Virus record (IMG/VR): IMGVR_UViG_3300017560_000027
Span: 1 to 32,336 of that record
Length of the DNA: 32,336 nucleotides
Strand: one strand, 5' to 3'
DNA from: a virus
Taxonomy: Duplodnaviria; Caudoviricetes
Shown here piece by piece: positions 8,573-15,370 of this stretch. A program made the translations under genes and the position numbers. The first letter of the stretch is position 1, and every line of letters begins with the position of its first letter. The notes beneath the pieces are model-generated. The model was not told the DNA's origin. It did not search any database and was given only the letters and a program-made list of their open reading frames with translations.

Positions 8573-8966
8573 GCATTACATCCGCCGGCGACAGCCCGGA
8601 ATACACGGACAGCAGGCGCCACACGGCATACGGCACCTCACTGGTACCGCCCGCCCACTTGCCAATCTTGCCCGGCGACACCCCCACCAGACGGCCGGCC
8701 TCGCTGCGCGTCAGGCGCGCTAGGCGCATCAGCTCGCGAAACTCGGCGGCGCTGGGTGGCTGCCAGGCGTCGGTGTAGCTCTCGAACAAGCCGGGGCGGC
8801 CCAGGTTCAATTCCTCCAGGGCCAGCGCATAGCCCATCTTGCGCGGCGGGTCGCCGGCAATCTCCAGGTACTCCGCCTGGGCACGTACCAGGGTTCGCAT
8901 GGCTTCATCCAGGGCCTGGTCCTCAAGCGGCACCCGGGTTCCGTCGTGCAACACCAATGCAAACAT
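8556..8966 (-). CDS. KorC-like HTH transcriptional regulator
   Basis: WQPPSAAEFRELMRLARLTRSEAGRLVGV...KWAGGTSEVPYAVWRLL resembles IncP KorC; GGAGG RBS. Confidence 0.7.
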   Translation of the reverse strand: MFALVLHDGTRVPLEDQALDEAMRTLVRAQAEYLEIAGDPPRKMGYALALEELNLGRPGLFESYTDAWQPPSAAEFRELMRLARLTRSEAGRLVGVSPGKIGKWAGGTSEVPYAVWRLLSVYSGLSPADVMPNKCR

Positions 8967-9091
8967 CACAGCCTCCAATGCTATTCGGCCGGATCGCCCG
9001 GCCTGAAAAGGCAAAGCGCGCCGAAGCGCGCTATGCCGGGGTGGGGCTGATCGCCCGCGAGGCGTGACATTAAAACGCCGTCACACCCTCG

Positions 9092-9415
9092 TCAATTTGT
9101 CGCGGACTGGACCCGGTTGGGGTGGTACTGGACCAGCACGGTGTGGCCGCCTTTCCAGCACGTCCACCCCGAAGGCGACGACAAAAGCCCCACGCATGCA
9201 TAGTCGTGACACTGATAGAAGCCGTGAGTTTCCAGGAAGGCGCCGGCCTGCACCAGAAACACACGGTCCGCATGCGCCTGATCCGCCAGCGATGGAATGG
9301 AGAGGTACAAACACGGGCGCAACGGCCCGGCGGCTTCGCGCACATTGGCGCGCAAATTGAAATGCGCATGAAACGCCCGCTTCAAAGCGGCCACGTGAGG
9401 GGCTTGTCTGGTCAT
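9092..9415 (-). CDS. hypothetical protein
   Basis: GGAG RBS; promoter TTGACG-17-TAGAGT upstream (9493-9465). Confidence 0.6.
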   Translation of the reverse strand: MTRQAPHVAALKRAFHAHFNLRANVREAAGPLRPCLYLSIPSLADQAHADRVFLVQAGAFLETHGFYQCHDYACVGLLSSPSGWTCWKGGHTVLVQYHPNRVQSATN

Positions 9416-9489
9416 CGGAAACTCCGGTGTAAGCGGTCCTGGCGAATGCCCGACCTTGCCGAAGACTCTAGCGACGCCCGCCCGGGCCG

Positions 9490-9521
9490 TCAACATTTCT
9501 ACAAATCAACAATTCAACAGA
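9490..9521. repeat. 8-bp-phased TCWACA array
   Basis: TCAACATT TCTACAAA TCAACAAT TCAACAGA overlapping the -35 TTGACG. Confidence 0.75.
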
Positions 9522-9849
9522 TACGCAAGGGCACCCGGTCGACGCCCAGCCCCACTGCAGCAGCGCCAGACGCGCACTGTGCCGCCCATCACCAGACCCT
9601 CCCCCGTGCCTTGCCGTGTTCGGCAGCGCGCCCTGGCAGGCGCCGCAGAGCGTGCAGGAGGGTGAATAGCGCAAGGCCCACCCCTTGACCTGACCACCGG
9701 GCGCGTAGCGCCCATGGCGGGCCAACGGCCGGCGCGTGAAGGAGCGAAGGGCCGTGCGCGGTGCTCATGGCGAGATTGGCCGCTGACGGCCCACAGCGAC
9801 TGGAAGGCGCCTTACTGGAGGAACGGCGGCGGCACCAACGCCGAGGCTG

Positions 9850-10010
9850 TGCCTCTGAGCCCGCGCCTCCAGGCGCGAAGTGGCTCAGGCATTCATTGGC
9901 ATAGGAGGGGTAGTTATACACATGGCATGGTCTATGCGCTTTAAGGGCTCTTTCTTAGCTCCTTCGGTACCACTCCACAGCATGTTTTGCATATGTTTAA
10001 AACCCGGACA
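9850..10010. other. putative replication origin (DnaA box, AT-richer stretch)
   Basis: TTATACACA DnaA box at 9914-9922, hairpin at 9856-9889, non-coding region downstream of repA. Confidence 0.55.
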
Positions 10011-10029
10011 GCTCGGCTTGACCTGATGC

Positions 10030-10140
10030 GCGCCGGGGAGGTGTGCGGGGAGCAGGTTCGGGGGGTAAGGAAGGGGAAAACGGGGGGTAGTGCGGGTGCT
10101 GCGCGGGGGAAATAGGCGGGAATCGGGGGGAGGTTTTACG
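10030..10140 (-). other. CIS-like C-rich/G-poor spacer (putative Rho rut site)
   Basis: runs of G on plus strand give a C-rich transcript immediately after the repA stop. Confidence 0.55.
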
Positions 10141-10190
10141 GCAGGCGTGCGAAAGCCCCGCCGGGGGCGGTGCAGTGCGAAGCGGGGGAG

Positions 10191-11090
10191 TCAGGTCTGG
10201 CTAGGGTGTCGTGCGAAGTGCGGGTATTTCTTGATGAACTCGCGGCTCAGCTGCGGCTCACGCAAGCCGGTGTCCGCGATGAACGTGGCAAACGTGCGCT
10301 GCCATTGCTCGTTGTAGTCAGCCTGGATGCCCTGCTGCTCGCGGCGCTCACGCTCTTGGCGGGCGCGCTGGGCGCCGTCATGGGACTGCTTTCGCTCACG
10401 GGCGCCGGCCTGGTCGGCCAGGGCTTCGGCCTTGGCCGCGGCGCTGTGCTGCGCAACGGCTTTCTTGAGCTTGGCTTTCATCGCGCTGCGCGCCTGGGCC
10501 AGCAGGTGCCCCAGGCCCAGGTCAATGAAGAACTGCGCGCGCACGTTGATGGTGGTGCGGGTGATCCACTGCTTGCCGTTGTGGAAGATGCGGCGCTGCT
10601 TGCGGCGAATGTACTTGGCCACCTCCAGGTCGGTCAGCAGGCGCGATACCGTCCACTCGTTGACGCCGGAGTCTTCGGACAGACCGCGCTGACGGTTCAG
10701 GCGATACTCACCGTCCTGGTAGTAACCGAGGATCATGGTCGACAGGTCCAGGCGAGCCAGCAGCGGCGCCGCGATGCGCGCCAAGGTGTCCCACTTTTGC
10801 TGGTAGGTGCGATAGCCCGCCGGGCTCAGGCAGTCCAGGCGGCGCAGCCAGCGCGTCTGGCGGTTCTTGGCTTCTTCTGCGATGCGCTCGACCGCCTTGG
10901 ACAGCAGGCCGTCAAAGACGAATTTCTGTTTGTCAGAAAGGCCGCGCAGGCGCCGCGGCTGCTGCGTGCGGTCGACGCTGCCGACCGGCTTGCGGCGCTT
11001 GACCGAGCGCGGGGGGATGTTGGCCAGGCCATTGAACTGGGCGCCGCGCACCGAGTTGGCGAGGACAGTGCGCACGGGAGCGAGCTTCAT
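10191..11090 (-). CDS. repA: plasmid replication initiator, IncFII-RepA-like winged helix
   Basis: basic 299-aa protein; QRGLSEDSGVNEWTVSRLLTDLEVAKYI wHTH and FFIDLGLGHLL motif; antisense/leader/CIS/DnaA-box context. Confidence 0.7.
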   Translation of the reverse strand: MKLAPVRTVLANSVRGAQFNGLANIPPRSVKRRKPVGSVDRTQQPRRLRGLSDKQKFVFDGLLSKAVERIAEEAKNRQTRWLRRLDCLSPAGYRTYQQKWDTLARIAAPLLARLDLSTMILGYYQDGEYRLNRQRGLSEDSGVNEWTVSRLLTDLEVAKYIRRKQRRIFHNGKQWITRTTINVRAQFFIDLGLGHLLAQARSAMKAKLKKAVAQHSAAAKAEALADQAGARERKQSHDGAQRARQERERREQQGIQADYNEQWQRTFATFIADTGLREPQLSREFIKKYPHFARHPSQT

Positions 11091-11209
11091 GCGCTCACCC
11101 CATGCGACCGACGCGCGTTACGCGTCACGGTGGCCCGGCGGTTTCCGGGCCGGTTGCAGGTGCGCGGAATGGCCGCGCGGCCTGCGTGAGAGGCCTTGCC
11201 AAACATCAT
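11087..11209 (-). CDS. leader peptide (Tap-like, 40 aa) translationally coupled to repA
   Basis: MMFGKASHAGRAAIPRTCNRPGNRRATVTRNARRSHGVSA*; GGGGA RBS; TGA overlaps repA ATG (ATGA). Confidence 0.6.
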   Translation of the reverse strand: MMFGKASHAGRAAIPRTCNRPGNRRATVTRNARRSHGVSA

Positions 11210-11228
11210 GTTTCCCCATATCTGGGGC

Positions 11229-11257
11229 TTGCCTAAAACATGATCGACGCTTAGACT
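11229..11257 (+). promoter_or_regulatory. sigma70 promoter of antisense RNA
   Basis: TTGCCT-17 bp-TAGACT. Confidence 0.7.
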
Positions 11258-11262
11258 CTCAC

Positions 11263-11343
11263 CTTGCTGCGGTCGAGAACCTATATGGTTGCTCCGATCT
11301 CAAAACCCCGTTCGGATGCCAGTCCTACGGGGTTTTTCTTTTT
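11263..11343 (+). ncRNA. CopA/Inc-like antisense replication-control RNA (~80 nt)
   Basis: promoter upstream, small 5' hairpin, stem AAAACCCCGT/ACGGGGTTTT with bulge and UGCCAG loop, U-tail; antisense to the repA leader. Confidence 0.7.
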
Positions 11344-11448
11344 AAGCCTGCCTGAATTCCATTCTTTTTGCGTTATCTGCTGCTCTCCAGCCCTCTAGCG
11401 TGGGCGGGCAACGGCGCTCAGGATAACGCGGTCTAACGTGTCAGTCCA

Positions 11449-11643
11449 CTAATTGTGTAAATTACCACAGCGCACGAAGCGCGTGGCGCCCAGCGCCATC
11501 TGCAGCTGGTAAACCTCACCCGGGTGTGCCTGGGGGTCCAGATTTTTCTGAATTACCATCCATTCCAGGTGCTTACACAATGCATCGATAGTAGACGCTT
11601 GGTCTGGATGGATCAAAGGGTTTGCGTTGTCCGCGTGCGACAT
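11449..11643 (-). CDS. SOS-regulated small protein, candidate antirepressor
   Basis: 64 aa, AGGAGG RBS, LexA box ~58 bp upstream. Confidence 0.65.
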   Translation of the reverse strand: MSHADNANPLIHPDQASTIDALCKHLEWMVIQKNLDPQAHPGEVYQLQMALGATRFVRCGNLHN

Positions 11644-11700
11644 GGGGGTGTCCCTCCTACTGATGCCGGCTTTTGCGCATTCTAGCCGGAAGCCTTTTAA

Positions 11701-11716
11701 CTGGATACACATACAG
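11701..11716. promoter_or_regulatory. LexA (SOS) box
   Basis: CTGTATGTGTATCCAG on minus strand fits CTGT-N8-CAG type consensus; covers the -35 position of TAGAAT (11684-11679). Confidence 0.8.
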
Positions 11717-11801
11717 TGTTTTAATCTAAGCGATTGAATCGCTTGGGTGTGGAACCAGCCTAGCGCGGCGCCTGCAGGCGCCGCACCTCAACCCCGCGCC
11801 G

Positions 11802-12065
11802 TTACTGGCAAGCCTCCACCGCGGTGGTCAGCTGGTCGACATAGCCTTGGCGCTGCAGGCGCTCGGCCAGCAGCGCACGCACCTTCACTTCCAGGCTGTC
11901 CGCCTTGGTCAAACGGTCGGCGGCCCAGGCCGGCGGGTCGATCTGCTTTACCCGGCAGGGCACCTGCACCGGCACCTCGACGCGCACGGGGCGCACTTCG
12001 GCCGGTGGGGTCTGGCCGGCACAGCCAGCCAGCAACGCCACGGCCATAATCACCCCGATCCTCAT
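11802..12065 (-). CDS. outer-membrane spanin (Rz1-like lipoprotein)
   Basis: lipobox LLAGC, Pro-rich VEVPVQVPC; follows i-spanin. Confidence 0.8.
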   Translation of the reverse strand: MRIGVIMAVALLAGCAGQTPPAEVRPVRVEVPVQVPCRVKQIDPPAWAADRLTKADSLEVKVRALLAERLQRQGYVDQLTTAVEACQ

Positions 12066-12433
12066 AACTGCAACTCCCGGTCAATGGCGGCCTCGGCCGC
12101 GGCGCAGGCCTCGCCGGTGCTGCGCTCCTGCTGCAGGCGGTTGGCGGCGGCATACTTGTCCTGGGCGCGCCCCGCAGCGGCCGCCTGCGCCGGTTCGGCT
12201 CTGGCTTGGCGCTGCTGCTCGGCGCGCTTGAGTTCGCGCAGCTGCTCGCCCTGCTCGCCCGCCAGGGCTTCCAGCCCGCCGCGACTGGTGGTGCAGCTGG
12301 ACAACTGTCGGCCCGCCTCCACCAGCTGCGGGCCATAGTGCTCGGCGGCTTGCCACCCGCCGAGCGCCATGCCCAGCAACAGCACCAGGAGAGCTAGCAC
12401 GAAGGTCGCCACCCCTCGCTCCAGGGCCGTCAT
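12062..12433 (-). CDS. inner-membrane spanin (Rz-like)
   Basis: N-terminal TM helix then coiled coil with Cys; follows endolysin. Confidence 0.8.
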   Translation of the reverse strand: MTALERGVATFVLALLVLLLGMALGGWQAAEHYGPQLVEAGRQLSSCTTSRGGLEALAGEQGEQLRELKRAEQQRQARAEPAQAAAAGRAQDKYAAANRLQQERSTGEACAAAEAAIDRELQL

Positions 12434-12882
12434 GCCAAGGCCCGCCGGATGCCCTCATTGAACACCGCGTCGGGGTAGCGGTAGTTCGCGCACTCATGGG
12501 CAATGATCGCGCCGACGAATACGCGCAGGGTCTTGGCGTCCTTGATGCTGATCACGTCGTTGGCCTTGACCCCCAACTTGCTGGCCACCGCCGCGATATA
12601 GGCTTCGGTGTTGTTCTCGTTGCCGGGCGCCCAACGGCTGATGGTTTCGCGCACGGTGTCGATGCCAGGGCCGCCCACGCCCGGCTGGCCGGTCTTGCCG
12701 CGGTAGTTGATGAGCAATTTGCCCAGGGCGCGAATACCGTTCTCGGGCTGATCGAAGCGGGCAAAACGCGGCGCGGCCACGCCCAGCTCCAAGCCGAGTT
12801 GGCCCAGCCAGGCGTTGCGTGGGTTGTAGTCGATGTTGCCGGGGTTGTTGTTGCGGACCCCGCGGGGTAGTGCTTCTGCCAT
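12430..12882 (-). CDS. endolysin (lysozyme-like, RNNNPGNI family)
   Basis: RGVRNNNPGNI, FARF, ISRWAP.NENNT.AY, IIAHE motifs; upstream of spanins; GGAGG RBS. Confidence 0.8.
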   Translation of the reverse strand: MAEALPRGVRNNNPGNIDYNPRNAWLGQLGLELGVAAPRFARFDQPENGIRALGKLLINYRGKTGQPGVGGPGIDTVRETISRWAPGNENNTEAYIAAVASKLGVKANDVISIKDAKTLRVFVGAIIAHECANYRYPDAVFNEGIRRALA

Positions 12883-12898
12883 GGTTTCCTCCAGGCAC

Positions 12899-12922
12899 AA
12901 AAAAGGCCCTGTAACGGGCCTT
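12899..12922 (-). terminator. intrinsic terminator within late operon
   Basis: AAGGCCCG-TTA-CAGGGCCTTTTTT. Confidence 0.6.
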
Positions 12923-12940
12923 GTGCAAAAAACGCGTGGG

Positions 12941-13678
12941 TTACTCAAACAGCCCGGTGGCCAGTGCCAGGCTGGCGGCGGCCTTCTTCAGGTTGTCCGC
13001 CGACAGCACGCCGCTCCACAGCCCCACCCCCTGCACCAGGCTGCCGCCGCTATTGGCGTTGGAGCCGTTACCGACTTCCAGCACCGTGCCAGGGGCATAG
13101 GTGATCGGGTTCGGCTGCGCGGGCAGGGTGTTGCCGGTCAGGGTGCTGCCGTCCGCCGCGTGCAGCCGCAGATAGCCAATGACCCCGTTGCCGCTGCGAA
13201 TCATGGACACCAGGTAAGGGGTGTCCGGCTGAATCACCCAGTTACTGCCGTCGCCTGACGGCGAGGGATAGGAGTTCAAGCGCAGCGGGCCGGTCCCGCC
13301 CGCCGAACCATCGGTGAAAATCCGGCGGCGCAGCGTGTCGATGTTCTTGTCGGTCTGCGACCACAGGTTGGCCAGTCCGGACGAGAAGCCGGTTTTGGGC
13401 GAACGGAACGCCACCAGCAGGGTGAAGCCAGCCCCCGACATTTCCCCCAAGTCGGCGTTGCGGATGTAGTCCTCAGTACCACCCTGGCGAATGCCGAGAT
13501 CTTCCACATTGATCACGCCGACACCGACGCTCGGGGCGCGGCCGGAATGGTTGACCAGGCTTTCTTTCAGCGAGTTGCCATAGACCGCGAATACGCGGTT
13601 GTTGGCGATATCGGGGAAATCGTACAGCGGGATGTGGATAGGGAATTTGTGGTCAGGCAGAACGATTGCAGTGGTCAT
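12941..13678 (-). CDS. tail-spike-associated beta-rich protein (possible ConA/LamG-like)
   Basis: GFTLLVAF and GVGLWSGVLS strand patterns; directly follows spike gene. Confidence 0.6.
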   Translation of the reverse strand: MTTAIVLPDHKFPIHIPLYDFPDIANNRVFAVYGNSLKESLVNHSGRAPSVGVGVINVEDLGIRQGGTEDYIRNADLGEMSGAGFTLLVAFRSPKTGFSSGLANLWSQTDKNIDTLRRRIFTDGSAGGTGPLRLNSYPSPSGDGSNWVIQPDTPYLVSMIRSGNGVIGYLRLHAADGSTLTGNTLPAQPNPITYAPGTVLEVGNGSNANSGGSLVQGVGLWSGVLSADNLKKAAASLALATGLFE

Positions 13679-13688
13679 ATGCGGGCTC

Positions 13689-15314
13689 TCAGTACCAGCC
13701 AAGCTGGCGGATTCGGGGTTGAATAACGTGTTCATTCAGCGCGATGTACATGGCCTCATTCATATGGCCATCATCCACCGACAGGGAATTGGGCTTCTGG
13801 CCCCGGGCTTGTTGCTGAAGGTCTTCGGCCGTCGGCGTGATGCCGGTAAGCGTCCACACCTCACTGGATAGCAGGAACGCCTGCACGTCGATGTACAGGT
13901 CGCCATAACGGGCTTTATGCGCCGCATTGATGGCGGCGACCCGCTTGGTGTCGGTACTGGCCGGGTCCCAGTTGCTGTTGTTGAAATGGCCTAGCACCAG
14001 GCATCGCGGATTGAACGGCGACAACCACTCGAATGACTTGTCAGTGCGCTCGATGACTTCTTCGGCGGTGTAGACGCCTACGTCGTTCTTGCCCATCCAC
14101 AGGAACACCACGTCGCTGCGGTGCTGCGGACCGATCTCTGGCTTGAACTCGAATTCACCGGCCGCGGTGACCGCCGCGCCACCTTCAGTTCGGGTGAAAT
14201 AGAAAATCGAACTGGTGGCCCTCATGGTTCCATGCACCCCATTCAGCCAACCGGTGTAGGCCTTGAGTGATGCACTGGGCCGGGCATTGCTGGCCGTGAC
14301 CGTCACGGCGCCGCTGGCCGGAATAGCACCGCCCTCGACCGTGACCCGCAGGGGGATGGAGCCCAGGCGAGCCGCGATGTGGGTGGATTGCTCACCGCCC
14401 TTGCCGCCGTTGTAATAGGTGGCGTTCGGCTCCAGCGCCCCGACCATCGCGGCGAATTGCGCGCCCATCCGCTCCATGCTGGAACTGCCCCAGCCCGAAA
14501 CGCTCAGCGGGTTGGCGTGGTACTTCAGCAGCTCACCATCGCGCCGGTACATGTCATTGAGATTGACCGACGCGCCACCCGAGGCGCCCGGATCAAACGG
14601 CTTGCCGTCGAGCAGCAGTTCATGCACGACATTGAGTTTGGCCACGTCCAGCTGGCCACTCTTGTGCAGCAGAATCAGCGGTAAATCGTCGGAGCCAAAC
14701 AACCCCATGACCTTGCCGCGAACCCGGCGGAACGTCTGCGGAATTTGCAGGATGCCGCCGACGATGTGCTTGAGGGTGTTATGCGCCAGGCTGTGCGTGT
14801 TCCCATAGTCATCCATCCACCAGGCCACGCCACCAAAGCCATCGCCCATGTAGATGGGTTTTCCTGGGATGTAGCGCCCGGAAATGTTCTTGGTCTTGAA
14901 GTCGATATCTTCCACCCCTTCCGACAGCGCCTTGACCTTGTTGCCGTTCGCCCAAGTGTCTTGATAGACCGCCGTCCCGGCGTCGTTCATGTACAGATCC
15001 ACGTAACCGTCAGCACTGGCTGAGGGCACACTGAAAAAACCCTTGTTGTTGGTACCGGCCAAGCCCGCCGCGACCGTCGCATAGATCATCGCCCCTGCCA
15101 GCTGGCTCGCGACCGTCTCCAGGGCCACGGTGACCTTTTGCTGTGACAGCACCGCCTGCTTGGCCAGTGATGGCACCAGCCCCCCTTCGGTCAGAACATC
15201 GGTTTGCTCATTGCCATGCACCACCCGGTGCTGGATATCCGCCACAGCGGTCGCCTTCGCGGCCGCTTCCGACAGCTGGCCGGCGTAACCCTCCAGCGCT
15301 GATACATCTGTCAT
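13689..15314 (-). CDS. tail spike with C-terminal SGNH hydrolase domain
   Basis: N-terminal VVHG...VLTEGGLVPSLAK anchor; SGNH blocks GWGSSS, NGGKGG, GKND, DDGH. Confidence 0.75.
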   Translation of the reverse strand: MTDVSALEGYAGQLSEAAAKATAVADIQHRVVHGNEQTDVLTEGGLVPSLAKQAVLSQQKVTVALETVASQLAGAMIYATVAAGLAGTNNKGFFSVPSASADGYVDLYMNDAGTAVYQDTWANGNKVKALSEGVEDIDFKTKNISGRYIPGKPIYMGDGFGGVAWWMDDYGNTHSLAHNTLKHIVGGILQIPQTFRRVRGKVMGLFGSDDLPLILLHKSGQLDVAKLNVVHELLLDGKPFDPGASGGASVNLNDMYRRDGELLKYHANPLSVSGWGSSSMERMGAQFAAMVGALEPNATYYNGGKGGEQSTHIAARLGSIPLRVTVEGGAIPASGAVTVTASNARPSASLKAYTGWLNGVHGTMRATSSIFYFTRTEGGAAVTAAGEFEFKPEIGPQHRSDVVFLWMGKNDVGVYTAEEVIERTDKSFEWLSPFNPRCLVLGHFNNSNWDPASTDTKRVAAINAAHKARYGDLYIDVQAFLLSSEVWTLTGITPTAEDLQQQARGQKPNSLSVDDGHMNEAMYIALNEHVIQPRIRQLGWY

Positions 15315-15331
15315 GCATGCCTCCCAGGCAT

Positions 15332-15354
15332 AAAAAAACCCGCCGTAGCGGGTG
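15332..15354 (-). terminator. intrinsic terminator within late operon
   Basis: ACCCGC-TACG-GCGGGTTTTTTT. Confidence 0.65.
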
Positions 15355-15370
15355 TGGTGTGAAAAAGTGT

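Noticed and set aside
9456-9944. Short ORFs in the origin-proximal region
   Set aside because: No convincing RBS or protein-like composition; better explained as non-coding.
10191-11090. N15-type linear plasmid prophage
   Set aside because: Rep is 299 aa with no primase/helicase motifs, and no protelomerase or long telomere palindrome is seen in the window.
6687-15340. CCAGGCAYAAAAAA repeated at 6687, 12891 and 15324
   Set aside because: This is the U-tract and downstream context typical of Pseudomonas terminators; no evidence for a recombination site.
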